From: an uncultured virus (IMG/VR IMGVR_UViG_3300028800_000075)
Lineage: Duplodnaviria; Heunggongvirae; Uroviricota; Caudoviricetes
IMG/VR virus record: IMGVR_UViG_3300028800_000075
Strand: one strand, 5' to 3'
DNA length: 64,000 nt
Shown one piece after another: positions 19,005 through 30,937 of this stretch (the stretch's first letter is position 1; every line of letters begins with the position of its first letter). The position numbers and the translations under genes were made by a program. The notes below the pieces were generated by a model, which made no database searches, was not told the DNA's origin, and worked only from the letters and a program-made list of their open reading frames with translations.

Positions 19005-20453
19005 ATGACAATTTCAACTGATCACGGGACGCCGGCACTTGATACTGCAATCCCAGAACAAGGTCACAAAAAAATCTATGTGCTAGACACAAATGTATTG
19101 CTCAGCGATTCCAATTCAATTTATTCGTTCGATGAACACGATCTAATCATTCCCATGGCAGTGCTTGAGGAGTTAGATCAACATAAGAGTCGCCAAGATG
19201 AAGTGGGCCGTAATGCTCGGCACGTCAGTCGGACGCTTGATGATCTACGTGCACAAGGAAATTTGGTCGATGGCATTGACCTCCATTCAGGTGGAAGGTT
19301 GAGGATTATGTCGATTGGTACGTCTGTCTTTCAGAATATGCCAGTGGAACTCAAAGAGCAGAAGGTCGACAACCTGATCATCGCCTTCATGCTTCAACTA
19401 CAGAAGAACGGTGAACGAGCAATTTTGGTGTCGAAGGACATTAATGTCAGGCTCAAGTGCGATGCGCTGAGCATCAAGTGTGAAGACTACCTCAAGATGA
19501 GGGTCACGGATAATCCAGAAAAGTTCTATAAGGGCGTTGACGTCATTGAGCTTGATGAAGAACTCATCGATCGTTTCTATCGGACCGGTGAATTGGATCT
19601 ACCACCACACGTGTTGAAGGGTCGCAAGCTATATCCCAACCAGATCATCGTCATCAAGAACGTCTGTGACGGTCAAACAATCAAGTCAGCGCTAACCAAG
19701 TGTGTCGATCCTCTGAAGCCATTGGTTCCTATTGCTAAGATCGAGCAGGCCTTTGGTCTCAAACCTCGAAACAAAGAGCAGACATTTTCACTAGATTTGT
19801 TGTTTGATGACAACATACGTCTATTGACGCTCATTGGACCATCTGGTTGCGGAAAGACGTTATTGGCGCTAGCTGCAGGTCTTGAACAGTTGAAAGGTTT
19901 GGGATCTCCACACACCGCGCGCTACGATAAATTGATCGTCACTCGACCAGTTCAACCGGTCGGTAAAGACATCGGTTTTTTGCCTGGTACGCTCGAAGAG
20001 AAGATGGAACCATGGATCGCGCCCATCCGTGACAACCTGAATTTTTTGATGGACAGTCGAAGGAGTCGACCCCGACGAAAACGGCCGACCGACGAGAAGC
20101 CCACCGGCGATGACAACATGTACCTAAAACTGATGCAGGAGCGCGGCTTGATTGAGATTGAGGCGATCACGTTCATCAGAGGGCGGTCGATCCCAAATGC
20201 CTTCATCATCATTGATGAGGCACAAAATTTGTCAATGCATGAGCTGAAGACGATCATCACACGGGTGGGTGATAACACCAAGATCATCCTGACGGGCGAC
20301 ATTGAACAGATCGACAATTCTCACGTCGACATGTATACCAATGGTCTGACGTGTGCCATCGAAAAATTCAAGGATCATGCAATTGCCGGCCATGTAGCCT
20401 TCATCAAGGGCGAGCGCTCAGAATTGGCGACACTAGCCAGTAGAATATTGTGA
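19005..20453 (+). CDS. phoH: PhoH-family ATPase with N-terminal PIN domain
   Basis: VLDTNVLL PIN; GPSGCGKT; IGFLPG; RGRS; DEAQN; GDIEQID. Confidence 0.95.
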   Translation: MTISTDHGTPALDTAIPEQGHKKIYVLDTNVLLSDSNSIYSFDEHDLIIPMAVLEELDQHKSRQDEVGRNARHVSRTLDDLRAQGNLVDGIDLHSGGRLRIMSIGTSVFQNMPVELKEQKVDNLIIAFMLQLQKNGERAILVSKDINVRLKCDALSIKCEDYLKMRVTDNPEKFYKGVDVIELDEELIDRFYRTGELDLPPHVLKGRKLYPNQIIVIKNVCDGQTIKSALTKCVDPLKPLVPIAKIEQAFGLKPRNKEQTFSLDLLFDDNIRLLTLIGPSGCGKTLLALAAGLEQLKGLGSPHTARYDKLIVTRPVQPVGKDIGFLPGTLEEKMEPWIAPIRDNLNFLMDSRRSRPRRKRPTDEKPTGDDNMYLKLMQERGLIEIEAITFIRGRSIPNAFIIIDEAQNLSMHELKTIITRVGDNTKIILTGDIEQIDNSHVDMYTNGLTCAIEKFKDHAIAGHVAFIKGERSELATLASRIL

Positions 20454-20482
20454 GTTAGCAACACTGGCAACATAGTTATGTC

Positions 20483-21229
20483 ATGACACAAGTGATGACT
20501 GAGGTGTTCTATGGTTATAAACACTGGACGCTTGAAGATCAACCACGTTGTTTCAACGTTGGAAGAGGTCGTAAAGGTCGGCCTGAGAGCTTAGCTCGTA
20601 ATCACAAGTGGCACGGGATTGTGAAGCGTTATGGTCTTCGTGTTGAGATTATCGTTGGTTTTAAGTGTGGCAACCATGTGCACGACTTAGGAGAAAAGTG
20701 TCATGCTAACGAAGAAGCAAATTCTTGGGAGGTTGAATGGGTTGTTAAGGAGAACACGTTCTCGATAAACCATTCACATGATGATCCGAATGATATCGGG
20801 TGCAACTTCACAAGAGGTGGAGGCGGCGTAGCAGGTTGGATACCTTCTGAAGAATCTAAACGTAAAAATAGTGAATCAAACAAGATTTCTACAGCGGGCG
20901 AGAAAAATGGAATGTTTGGGAAGAAGCAAAAACCTGAAACAATAGCCAAAATTGTAGCGAAAAATATTGGACGAAAGGATTCGGAAGAAACACGTCTCAA
21001 AAAAAGTAAAGCGAACACGGGCAGAAGTCATCCCGTATCAGAAGAAACGAAACAAAAATTATCTGAACTTCGCAAGGGAAAATCACCGTGGAATAAAGGA
21101 AAAAAGTTTGGTCCTAGGGAAATACCTCGTGAGTTCTCAGAACAAGCATGTAAAAATATATCGGAAGGCCACATGGGCGTTGCTCCGTGGAATAAGGGAA
21201 AGAAAACTGGAAAACGGCGCAAGGTGTGA
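20483..21229 (+). mobile_element. Free-standing homing endonuclease, GIY-YIG-like with NUMOD3 repeats
   Basis: FYGYKH..FNVGRG, NFTRGGGG, SEETRLKKS/SEETKQKLS, PWNKGK; AT-rich relative to flanks. Confidence 0.8.
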
Positions 21230-21303
21230 TGCGCTCGCAGATTCTCTGATCGACAGTCCAGCACTGGTCTGGGTTGGTTCGTCGGTGTATATTTGTCTTA
21301 GGC

Positions 21304-22311
21304 ATGGGCATTCTTGACAACAAGTCTCGCGTCTTAGACACGATTGTGACCCTCGAGGGTCGCCGTCAGTTGTCGCAAGGTGGACTTGACATCGCGTACT
21401 TGTCATTTACCGACGGTGCTACTTTCTACAAGGCGGACGTAGCCAGTGGAAGTCAAGACGCTACACAGAGAATTTTCTTCGAATCGTGTCAGTTGCCTCA
21501 GGATCAGATCACTTTCCGCGCTGATGATTCGGGTAATGTGTTGCCGTTCGGGAATGCCGACGGTATTCCACAATCGCCCGGTAAAATTTTGTCGTACACT
21601 TACACCGGTGTCAGTAGCACGTTGATCACTGACACTGCATCACAGAATACGTCGGCCTCACGGGGTCAATCATTTTCGGGGCATGTTGATGAACTGCTTG
21701 CTTCATCGGCCGACAATTTTCAGCGGTTGCGGGTCATCTCCACTCAAAACCAGTATTTTGAGGACGGTGCATTTGGCTTGGGCCCAGAACAGGTGACATT
21801 CACCATTACCAACAACAAACCAATCAGCGATGCGAACCAATATGCCACTCACGTCAGTGCGCTGGATAGCATCTTCAGCGATCCTAGGTTCAGTAATTTG
21901 CCCAATTTCAAGTACTTGCCACCCACCAACAAGGTGTCAAATGCTGCCCTTGATCTGACCGATCACCAAGCCACGAGCCAAATACAACTCGCTTCCTATG
22001 CTCCTTGGGGGCGTACGCAAGCCTTTGGATTGTCGTATGCACAGGTGATGCACGAGTTGCAGTACTATGAACTGTTGGGTTACATGAGAACGTTCAACTT
22101 TGATCCCACCTCAATTCAAAACACGCTGGTCGGTCAATTCTTTGAGAAGAACTTTGACACGCTTCGAAAGCTTGACGTTGTTGATTATGGTCGTCACCGC
22201 ACCGGTAGTCCGGCCGCTCCGACGGCCCACATCTTTTTTGTGGGCAAAGTTCAGGTAGATGAGAAGGGCACTGACACATTTCTTCACCTGTTTACGCTGG
22301 TCTTTGAGTGA
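21304..22311 (+). CDS. Putative virion (baseplate/tail) protein
   Basis: MGILDN..LDTIVTLEGRRQL N-terminus paralogous to 31817. Confidence 0.65.
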   Translation: MGILDNKSRVLDTIVTLEGRRQLSQGGLDIAYLSFTDGATFYKADVASGSQDATQRIFFESCQLPQDQITFRADDSGNVLPFGNADGIPQSPGKILSYTYTGVSSTLITDTASQNTSASRGQSFSGHVDELLASSADNFQRLRVISTQNQYFEDGAFGLGPEQVTFTITNNKPISDANQYATHVSALDSIFSDPRFSNLPNFKYLPPTNKVSNAALDLTDHQATSQIQLASYAPWGRTQAFGLSYAQVMHELQYYELLGYMRTFNFDPTSIQNTLVGQFFEKNFDTLRKLDVVDYGRHRTGSPAAPTAHIFFVGKVQVDEKGTDTFLHLFTLVFE

Positions 22312-22319
22312 GTTGAACG

Positions 22320-24797
22320 ATGTTCTTTAGGTTCCAACAAGTCGCCAATCTCATCACTGTTGATGATGCATATGCTGAATTGATCGAAATATTGCCCTCG
22401 GGTGACTTCAAGTTTCAATTCAGTTACACTGTCAATCCAGCATCGGCGATCAATCACGGCGCTAGTGTCGTCAACGTCAGCGTCATCAGTCGGTATTTAC
22501 AACCCGTCACCGTCTTGGGTAACACACAACGAGGCACAGTTGATACCACTTCGATGGTCAATAACATCAGATCACTGATGCCTAATGCAAAGACGGCATT
22601 GCTTCGTCAGGATAAATTTGTGGTCGCATCCAAGCGTAGCAACATCCTTTCATACGTCAATGATGAAATCTTGCAGATGGTGCGGGCAAATGTTGCCGCG
22701 GAGAATATCCCACAACTCAACACCCCTCAACTCAAGTTAGTGACAGCGGGTGATACGAAACAAAACAATGATCCACAACCGTTGCTACATCGTGTCGCCA
22801 ACTCTATGGCGGTCCCCAACATTCAACTCGCGTTGTCGGCGTCCTTTTTGACGCTGCCTCAGAAGTTGATGCAGGACATGATCACCCGCCAAGGCCTTGA
22901 TCCTTCGTACATCATGCAGTTGGCGGCCAGAGCACAGTCCGAGGACACAACTCGGGGAGGATTGAGCAATCCTTCGATGGCGGTTGAATTATCTACTGAT
23001 CCTGCCACACAGTTGGCCAATTATCACCTCTTTCCTTCAACGTCTACCGTACCACCGACTACCACTGATGATGTCACTGATGATGAACTAGTGCAGGTGA
23101 TGACGACGGTTACTGACCAAACCGTTGAAATTCCTGTAACCATGGTACTTTCACGTGCACTGCTACGTTCAGAAGGGGCAGCAACCAACTTTTTCGTTCA
23201 ATTTGACCTGTTGGATTCCGACTCTGGTGAACCCATTGACACTGTCATCAAAACGCTTAATGTACCAAAGGAACTACGTGTGTACAATACGCCCAAGTTG
23301 TCACCCACGCTGAAAACATCTGTTTCCCCCTTTGCAAGTCGGGCAACGTTGCAGATTCAACAAGTTGATTCTACAGCCACGGCAGTACAAGTCTTCAAGA
23401 AGACCATCTACGCTGCAACGCCTGATCTTGACACTTATGCCTTGATCGGAACGTATCAGACGTCTAAGCGACAAAATTCGCTTCACGTGCAGGTCGACAT
23501 GCCCATCTCGTCGGTAATTGTTTACCGCGTCATTCCTGTGGGTCCGCAGAACATTCAGGGGTTTGAGTTTGCTAGCACCGTGATCAAGCCTCCTCGATTC
23601 ACACCGACTCGTTCGATTGCATTGACGGGTACGCAAGTCGATCAAGGAATACGTCTCGAAGTGCGTAATCTTCCGACAAAGTGCGTTGCGATACAGTTTT
23701 TGCGGTGGAACATGACGACGCACGATAGTTCATATGTCACTGTCAATGGTGATGTAGGATTCATTGATGCTGCTTCTCGAACCGCCGATCTGATCACAAC
23801 CGTTGACGGCGATGTGCATGCTAATAACGTCTACCGTTACGTCGGTCGCCTGATCTATGAAAATGGAGTGACGGTTGACGCGGGCGATGTGACGATAGAG
23901 TTCTTGCAACCCGCGCCTGGCAAGGTGAACACGGTGATCGACAACATCATTGTCAATCACGATTCAACCCCTGACGTGTCGTTCAACATCAACACCATTA
24001 CTGCGAACACTGATCTAGACGCAATCAAACAGATGTTGGGCAACCAAGACCTGCAGCAATTCTTTCAAGGTGACCTGCAAACTCAACGTGATCAACTACA
24101 ACAGCTAATTGCACACAACGTGCAGCGTGTCGATCTTACTACTGGGATTCGTGAAGATTTTGGTACAGTGACGGTGTCAAACTTCGTTGATTCAGTCCTA
24201 CGGAAGAATCGCGCGATCAATCCTCTACAATATGGCCACGTGTATCGTTATGAGATCTATCCGTTGCTTAGGGCCTCCACGACGATGTTCGAAGCACTGC
24301 AACAGAATGCGATAGATCCGACGACAAAGAAGCCATACCAGTTTTCACCATCACAGTTCTTGCATCCATTGACGTTGACGAGGGGTGTCATCATCACTCC
24401 GCAAGGCGCTTCTCAGCGCTATGCCAAGGATCCCATGTCATTCGGAGCGGTCGGTGATGTGGCGACAATTGAAGCATCGTTCGACCGTGACACGGCAAAA
24501 ATTGTGAACCAGACTGCGTCACGTTTCAATCGATCGCTCAACATAATTGCGTGGCAAGTACAGGGTGACATTGAACAAGTTGACAATTTTCTCATCATGA
24601 AGCAGGTCAATGGCGTTCGAACGTTGTTGGGAAAAGCCCACACCCAATTTGCGCAAGGTGCATGTCAATACTTTCATGTGCTGACGTCACACGACGTGGG
24701 AGCAATTAGTTATGTCATCGTGCCCGTGATGAACAGTTATGCCGTGGGGACTCCCGCATTGACAAATTCAGTGATCGTGGACGTGCCATGGCAATGA
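22320..24797 (+). CDS. Large putative virion protein with beta-rich domains
   Basis: 825 aa, Thr/Val-rich, YRY..P/YRYEIYP patterns, structural operon. Confidence 0.6.
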   Translation: MFFRFQQVANLITVDDAYAELIEILPSGDFKFQFSYTVNPASAINHGASVVNVSVISRYLQPVTVLGNTQRGTVDTTSMVNNIRSLMPNAKTALLRQDKFVVASKRSNILSYVNDEILQMVRANVAAENIPQLNTPQLKLVTAGDTKQNNDPQPLLHRVANSMAVPNIQLALSASFLTLPQKLMQDMITRQGLDPSYIMQLAARAQSEDTTRGGLSNPSMAVELSTDPATQLANYHLFPSTSTVPPTTTDDVTDDELVQVMTTVTDQTVEIPVTMVLSRALLRSEGAATNFFVQFDLLDSDSGEPIDTVIKTLNVPKELRVYNTPKLSPTLKTSVSPFASRATLQIQQVDSTATAVQVFKKTIYAATPDLDTYALIGTYQTSKRQNSLHVQVDMPISSVIVYRVIPVGPQNIQGFEFASTVIKPPRFTPTRSIALTGTQVDQGIRLEVRNLPTKCVAIQFLRWNMTTHDSSYVTVNGDVGFIDAASRTADLITTVDGDVHANNVYRYVGRLIYENGVTVDAGDVTIEFLQPAPGKVNTVIDNIIVNHDSTPDVSFNINTITANTDLDAIKQMLGNQDLQQFFQGDLQTQRDQLQQLIAHNVQRVDLTTGIREDFGTVTVSNFVDSVLRKNRAINPLQYGHVYRYEIYPLLRASTTMFEALQQNAIDPTTKKPYQFSPSQFLHPLTLTRGVIITPQGASQRYAKDPMSFGAVGDVATIEASFDRDTAKIVNQTASRFNRSLNIIAWQVQGDIEQVDNFLIMKQVNGVRTLLGKAHTQFAQGACQYFHVLTSHDVGAISYVIVPVMNSYAVGTPALTNSVIVDVPWQ

Positions 24798-27700
24798 TAG
24801 CTTCGCTGCGCGTGAACAATGCCACGACGGCTAACTTGGGCAATGTGGCGATTCAACCGGTGACGACGACGCCGGGAGCACAGGCCAACAAGCAATTGAC
24901 CACGCCCGTGACCGCGATCTCTTCGCACCCGCTACCGGCATATCAAGCCCCAGTGGGTTTGCCCATCATTATCGTGAAGGGAGCCATTACTCTCAAGAAT
25001 GACTTGTCCGTCTCCGTCGCCGACGTTGTCAAGCAGATGACGGCACCTCGCATGGTCATTCCATTGACGAATGGCGTCAATACGATCATGCCCACGTTCA
25101 ACTTGGCCCTCAATGCCGGCAAGCAGAACGATCCACGCTTGACGTTGGGATTTATCGAGACGGCGACCAATTTTCAACCCTACGAACAATTGACAGGCAT
25201 CTCTCAAGAGCGGCCTGAAGTCGTCATGTTGTCGCATTTTTTGCCCCTGTTTGACCACGATGCTGTCGGTGCTTCTCCTAACTTCATTGGTCTCATTGAG
25301 GCCGGTGGCATCAATTCTTATATGACTGACGCTGGTAAGTACCTCGACGCTCAGATCAACATTCGTAACCTCCGATCGTTCAACACACAGTCATTGATCA
25401 CACAATTGAAGGCACGTTATGCCAACATCGCTAAGCAGTTCAACGATCGTGAAGCCGCATTTTCGTCGGCCTTAAGTGCACTCAACGTTGATGCATCATT
25501 CTTGTTGAACTTGGTCAGGATCATTGAATCACAGAAGGCGCAGCTTGATCTCAGGCACGACATCTATCTCATCGATCCCACTCAAGTTGGCAGCTTGAAC
25601 AGCACGAACTTTGCTCAGCAACAGGTCAGTACTAATGCACAGGTTGGGGGTTCAAGGGCACCAACCTCAAATTTTGCGAAGTTGGCACAGCGACTCAAGC
25701 CCAAGTATGACTTTGTTGACGTGTTGGTCGAATTGGGTTACAAGCAGGACACCGTCGCGAAAGTCTATGCCTCGTCTAAAATTTGGATGCAGGTCTTGGT
25801 GGAGCTGTCGTATGCTCTCAAGTATCACACCCTACAATTCTTGGACATCGATCCGTCGAGTCAGCGAAATGACACCAACCCATCGACGATTTTATTGCCT
25901 CAGGCTAATCGGTTTAGCCTGGCGTTGTCGCTACCCAACCTCGCCAACCTTGACGAGCTTAGTAACCTGCAGGTTGCACAAGCACAGGACACGCTGGGGA
26001 CGATTAGGCCTGCGTACAACCTCATCTATCAGAATGTGTTGTTTAAGGATGAAGAAGCACGCATTGCGGCTCTTGCTCACCTATTGACGTCGGAGTACCG
26101 ATATTCACAGGGCCTAACCAACGACTCGACCCGCCGAATACTCCGTGATTTTTATGGCTTCACCGTCTCTGATCAGGGTGGCAATTCATCGCTCTTTGAC
26201 TCAATCATCGGCAAATTTGGCAACAACATCACCGATTTCCCATCACAGGCGACCAATGTCCTGACGTCGATTGCACAACAGATTTCGGGCGACACCGGCG
26301 TCCTGACGTTCGAGACCAAGTACGTTGAAGGTGACACGGGCACTACGACGCCCGGAGGTGATTATTACTTCGATCAGATCCTGCAGACCGATGGGACGAA
26401 GTTCAACACGACGAACATTGATGCTCTCGCTCTCGTACTTGAGCGGTCACACGATGCTTTTAGCATCGTGGTAGATGGACTCAAGCTGATGGCCGATTAC
26501 GGCCGCGATGGCGTCATCCTAAATAACACATCCGCGTTGCTAGATGCTATCAAGACCAAATTAGTGGATGCGTCGGGTACCACATCTCAGATGCTCCAGA
26601 ACGACAAGTTGGCCGCCGTCTTTGCCTATGCCAGGAACGACAACAACGTTAAGTCGACGTTGTTTCTCTACATAATCAGCAAGATCTCCCGGAGTTATGG
26701 CATCAATGTGCCGGGCTTTGCCTCGTCACCGACGGCTGATAACACTCCGCTCGTTGACTATTTGGTTGAGTTGGTCAATCAATCGCTGGCGGCGTCGGTA
26801 CCGACGTCTCGCACGACGATCCAATTCATCAATGATGAAGGATTGAACAATGTCGTCACCACTGCACTGACGCCAGAAGCCATCGCGACGGCGCTCAAGT
26901 CAGGCACTGAATTGACGACGTACATTCAACAATTGATGAGCCAAATCCTCATCCAATTTCGTGTCACCACGACGGCAATCAACAAGGGTTATACCCGTTT
27001 CAATGGTTACATCGACACGACGGTGTTGATGGTGGCGTTTGATCTGATCATTGCGATGGTTGCCCGTTATGGCAACACTAGCATCGTCGGCACGACGTCA
27101 GATCAAACGACGATCACGGCAGGCTTGACCAACTATACCATCGCGCGTAGCGGCACTGGCAACGCTGATTCCATCCGCGAGTTGTCGGAACGTGCCGATG
27201 GTGAAGATGCTCGAGTGCAACAGATGATCCTCGCCATCATCGGCGGAATGAAGGCATTGAATGCTTCATTGAAGTTGATCAGCAACTACCTCAAGTCTCC
27301 TCCTGCAATTCAACACTTGCAGGACATTGCGACCATCTTGAACCATGATCAACAGCTGTTGGGCATGCTGTTTTCCGAACAACAGATCATGATGTTGGCT
27401 GCGTCGGTTCAAAATTTGCTAGCGGCGTCAGCACCCACGCAACCTACGTCTAAGGCCAAGGCTAGTCAAGGCATATCAGGTACCCCCAAGAAGGTGCAGG
27501 TGCTCGATGAATCACAAATCTCACCGGCCCTTCGAGCGGCGCTGTTTGGTTATTTCGGGACCGATCAATTTGCAACCGTCAAAGGCACCAATAAGCGGAT
27601 CTTAACGGTGGGAGTTCCATTGGGATTCACCCAACGCCTCAAGCAGAAAGTCAACATTCAACAACAACAGCGTGCATCATTCCAAAATCGTCGTAATGAC

Positions 27701-28924
27701 ATTGTCAATGTCTGTGTCTATAAGATTGACCTGGTCAATAGCGACATCATCTATAAACCCCAACGTTTCATGTTTGAAATGTCGCGGTTTCCTGCACGGT
27801 TGACGACGGCCCAATGGTTGCCATTGCCCCAACAACCCACCGCTGCCGACGTTATCAACTCAATTCCAACGTTGAATTTTAGCCAAGATCCGAACGCTGG
27901 TACTGCCGCGGCGATCACTAATGGCTTTGAATACGCGTCGTCAGTCATCGCCGGTAATGATGGCCTCAAGAATGTTCGCGTTGCTCTCGACGATGATTCG
28001 TATTCATTCTTGACGGCCAATCAAAAGGCGGAATTGTTGCAGAACCACGTCGCCAGTCAGTTGCTCGAGTCGTACATTAAGTTGATGATCGGCATGGACG
28101 TAGCTGAGTCAAATTTCAGCATGGCACCCGCAGCGCCACCAGCTGAAGCTAGCTTCGTGCAAACGCTCACAGAACACATGGTGTCGTCTGTCGCTGACCA
28201 AGTGACAAGGAAAGCAACACAGCCTCCGGGAAAGGGTTCTACTGCCCCCTCGGGTGGCGTCATGTTTTCAACGACAGTCGTGGGGTCTCCACCCGGCATT
28301 CAATCGTTGGCGGCACCTGCTTCAATCTCGCAGCCTACGTATGCCAACGCGGCCGGCGTCGGTGGGTCAGTGACAACATCAACAGTGAATGGTCAAATTC
28401 AACCCGCTTCAGCGCCCATTCAATCGCTAGAACAACAGGCCGTCGTCGGTAACCTTGATGCTAACCTCAGCACCATTTCTGCACGTAATACCTCCGTTGT
28501 GTATGAACAGCTCAGGACGATCAACGGTTTTTCCAACACTTTGACGACGGCATCGGATCCCACTTCACTGGCCCAACGGGTGGTGGCTCCGCGGACGTTT
28601 GACCGCGTCTTCAACATCATTGTTGATCCCAATGACTTTGAGATTGATGTGACAGCGACGATCGCTAGTCCCTATGGCAAGGACGCGTTAGGGCTGATGA
28701 TCGCCAATGGCGAGATCGTCACGGCAACCGAAAGTGATCAGGCTGCATTTCAGGTGCTAGCGACGGCCGTGCGAGCCACCACCCCCGGTTCTCGAAGCTT
28801 CGGCCGCGGTCGGCCCGCGCCCAACGTCAACAACTACCAATATCGCCCGCGTGATCGCAACAACGGCGACCTGATCACCGACAAGTACTTCGTCACCATT
28901 GAGACTCTCGACGAGGGCACGTAA
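24788..28924 (+). CDS. Large putative virion protein (1378 aa)
   Basis: Long ORF, T/S/N/Q-rich, structural operon. Confidence 0.6.
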   Translation: MAMIASLRVNNATTANLGNVAIQPVTTTPGAQANKQLTTPVTAISSHPLPAYQAPVGLPIIIVKGAITLKNDLSVSVADVVKQMTAPRMVIPLTNGVNTIMPTFNLALNAGKQNDPRLTLGFIETATNFQPYEQLTGISQERPEVVMLSHFLPLFDHDAVGASPNFIGLIEAGGINSYMTDAGKYLDAQINIRNLRSFNTQSLITQLKARYANIAKQFNDREAAFSSALSALNVDASFLLNLVRIIESQKAQLDLRHDIYLIDPTQVGSLNSTNFAQQQVSTNAQVGGSRAPTSNFAKLAQRLKPKYDFVDVLVELGYKQDTVAKVYASSKIWMQVLVELSYALKYHTLQFLDIDPSSQRNDTNPSTILLPQANRFSLALSLPNLANLDELSNLQVAQAQDTLGTIRPAYNLIYQNVLFKDEEARIAALAHLLTSEYRYSQGLTNDSTRRILRDFYGFTVSDQGGNSSLFDSIIGKFGNNITDFPSQATNVLTSIAQQISGDTGVLTFETKYVEGDTGTTTPGGDYYFDQILQTDGTKFNTTNIDALALVLERSHDAFSIVVDGLKLMADYGRDGVILNNTSALLDAIKTKLVDASGTTSQMLQNDKLAAVFAYARNDNNVKSTLFLYIISKISRSYGINVPGFASSPTADNTPLVDYLVELVNQSLAASVPTSRTTIQFINDEGLNNVVTTALTPEAIATALKSGTELTTYIQQLMSQILIQFRVTTTAINKGYTRFNGYIDTTVLMVAFDLIIAMVARYGNTSIVGTTSDQTTITAGLTNYTIARSGTGNADSIRELSERADGEDARVQQMILAIIGGMKALNASLKLISNYLKSPPAIQHLQDIATILNHDQQLLGMLFSEQQIMMLAASVQNLLAASAPTQPTSKAKASQGISGTPKKVQVLDESQISPALRAALFGYFGTDQFATVKGTNKRILTVGVPLGFTQRLKQKVNIQQQQRASFQNRRNDIVNVCVYKIDLVNSDIIYKPQRFMFEMSRFPARLTTAQWLPLPQQPTAADVINSIPTLNFSQDPNAGTAAAITNGFEYASSVIAGNDGLKNVRVALDDDSYSFLTANQKAELLQNHVASQLLESYIKLMIGMDVAESNFSMAPAAPPAEASFVQTLTEHMVSSVADQVTRKATQPPGKGSTAPSGGVMFSTTVVGSPPGIQSLAAPASISQPTYANAAGVGGSVTTSTVNGQIQPASAPIQSLEQQAVVGNLDANLSTISARNTSVVYEQLRTINGFSNTLTTASDPTSLAQRVVAPRTFDRVFNIIVDPNDFEIDVTATIASPYGKDALGLMIANGEIVTATESDQAAFQVLATAVRATTPGSRSFGRGRPAPNVNNYQYRPRDRNNGDLITDKYFVTIETLDEGT

Positions 28925-28928
28925 ACAC

Positions 28929-30908
28929 ATGACAATTTCACAACCCTCTAAGTTGGTCTATTCGATCGACGTGCCTGAAGTCACTGACTTCAACGCCGCG
29001 TTCAAGTACAACTTTTTTACGCCCGATGAGTGCGTCAATGATTCGGGCGGCGTACCCGCTCGTGCACTGTCGCGCCCCGGGGGTAACATTGACACCAACT
29101 TCATTCAGTGGTCGCTCACTCGGGTGCCCCGCGAGGTCACCTTCAACTTTTCGCTGCCCAAGATGGCCGACGTGGGCAATGCCGTCAGCGCTCAGGCCCA
29201 ACGTAGCAACGCTAACAGGACGACGGGTGCTCAATACGGATCGCTGATCCTAGACAATGTCGACAAAATTGTCAATGAGGACTTCTTCGCCGCCAATGGC
29301 TTTGTTGCCATCAGTTTTCACGACGGCAAGATCGATGACAAGATTCATTCATTGGTGACGGGTACTTTGGCAGTGCAGACGCTGCAATCAACGCATCCCG
29401 ACAGTACTAGTCACTACAAGGCATCCGCAAAGCTATCGACGGTGCTGCCCAATGACATCAAGCCTCACTTTGTCTTCCGCGCCTTGACGCAACCCAACAA
29501 TGCATACGGTGGACAATTTTACGTGCCTGCCGGCGACACGACGACTCGTGCGGCCACGGGAGGTTATGCTCAACCCTCATCGACCTCAACGACGCTGCAG
29601 CGGTTCGTCAACGGCTACTACGAGGGATTGAAGAACGTGTCGGTCAACGTGCAGGTCAACGCTAAGTTGTTGCAGGACATGCTCGAGCGGACGATCAGCG
29701 ATCCCACGACGTCGATGGCCGGCGATGTCACCAACATGCACTCATATGCCCGGTCAGCAAAGCAGGCAACGAACCAACGCGCGACGCCCGCAGTGTCGGA
29801 GAGCGACTACAAGACGTACGTGCCATACATCAGCGTTCACAAGCAGAACACGGCGATGCACCACGACAAGTACGGTGCCGAACTGGTGGGCTTTGTCATT
29901 GACAAGGTCGAAGTGCTGCCCGATGGTACCACCGTCGTTCACCCACCCATCGTCGTGGATAGTCCCCATGCGGCCACGACGGCCGACTTCCGCGTCAAGT
30001 TCAATGCTAACTACTGCTACAACATCAGGACGATCGCCCTACTGACGCTGCCGGCGATCGATGAAAACAACGAGGACATCGCGACTGTCAAGGTGTTGGT
30101 CAGCAGCAAGCCGTCGAACCGCGTCTACGTCAGCACCAGCAAGTTCGACGCTCCTCCTCCTCCCGGTGACATTGACTTTACGTGGAACTATGAGGCCCAG
30201 AGCCTGCTAGTGTCGTGGGCTTTTCCGGTCTGGTCACAGCAGGACATCAAGCAGTTTCAGGTCTTCAGGCGCACGACGGTCGACCACCCGTTTCAGTTGC
30301 AGAAGTCGTATAACTTCGACGATTCCGACATCAAATTTCCCGATCCCGAGAACCCCGATCCCGTGTTGGTGGAGTACCTGACGTCACCCTGCCAGTTCTA
30401 TATCGACGATGACTTCGATCCCAAGGTCAATTCTTCACGTGACAAGGGTTTCATCTATGCTGTGTCCTGTATCGATGCTCACGGCCTGTCGAGCCCGCTG
30501 TCGGCGCAGTACCGCGTGTGGTTCGATCAATTCAAGAATAAGCTGCAGCTCGAACACGTCAGTCACCTCGGTGCTCCCAAGCCCTATCCGAACTTGTACC
30601 TCGACGGTGACGTCTTCGTCAATACCATCAAGGTGGCTGGGCCCCACAGCAAACGGATGAAGCTGTACTTCAACCCGGAGTACTACTACTTGTACGACGA
30701 TCAGAACAGGTTGACGCCGACACTGGCGACGCAGCAGCGGGGAGGCAGTTACAAGTTGCAGTTCATCAACATCGATAATGGCAAGGCGCAGGACATCGAC
30801 ATTGCGATCAACGACCAGATGAGCACCAATTTGCAACCGCTGGCGACGACACAAGTCAGCCTCGGGCCCAAGCGACGGAATAGGGCACTGGCCAACAGTG
30901 CGCCGTAA
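28929..30908 (+). CDS. Putative virion protein with an FN3-like C-terminal region
   Basis: PPPPGDI..LLVSW..FQVFRR..FIYAVSCIDAHGLSS; ATG 28929 preferred. Confidence 0.65.
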   Translation: MTISQPSKLVYSIDVPEVTDFNAAFKYNFFTPDECVNDSGGVPARALSRPGGNIDTNFIQWSLTRVPREVTFNFSLPKMADVGNAVSAQAQRSNANRTTGAQYGSLILDNVDKIVNEDFFAANGFVAISFHDGKIDDKIHSLVTGTLAVQTLQSTHPDSTSHYKASAKLSTVLPNDIKPHFVFRALTQPNNAYGGQFYVPAGDTTTRAATGGYAQPSSTSTTLQRFVNGYYEGLKNVSVNVQVNAKLLQDMLERTISDPTTSMAGDVTNMHSYARSAKQATNQRATPAVSESDYKTYVPYISVHKQNTAMHHDKYGAELVGFVIDKVEVLPDGTTVVHPPIVVDSPHAATTADFRVKFNANYCYNIRTIALLTLPAIDENNEDIATVKVLVSSKPSNRVYVSTSKFDAPPPPGDIDFTWNYEAQSLLVSWAFPVWSQQDIKQFQVFRRTTVDHPFQLQKSYNFDDSDIKFPDPENPDPVLVEYLTSPCQFYIDDDFDPKVNSSRDKGFIYAVSCIDAHGLSSPLSAQYRVWFDQFKNKLQLEHVSHLGAPKPYPNLYLDGDVFVNTIKVAGPHSKRMKLYFNPEYYYLYDDQNRLTPTLATQQRGGSYKLQFINIDNGKAQDIDIAINDQMSTNLQPLATTQVSLGPKRRNRALANSAP

Positions 30909-30937
30909 AGTGTGTGAGGATAGGGTAAGATTAGGAT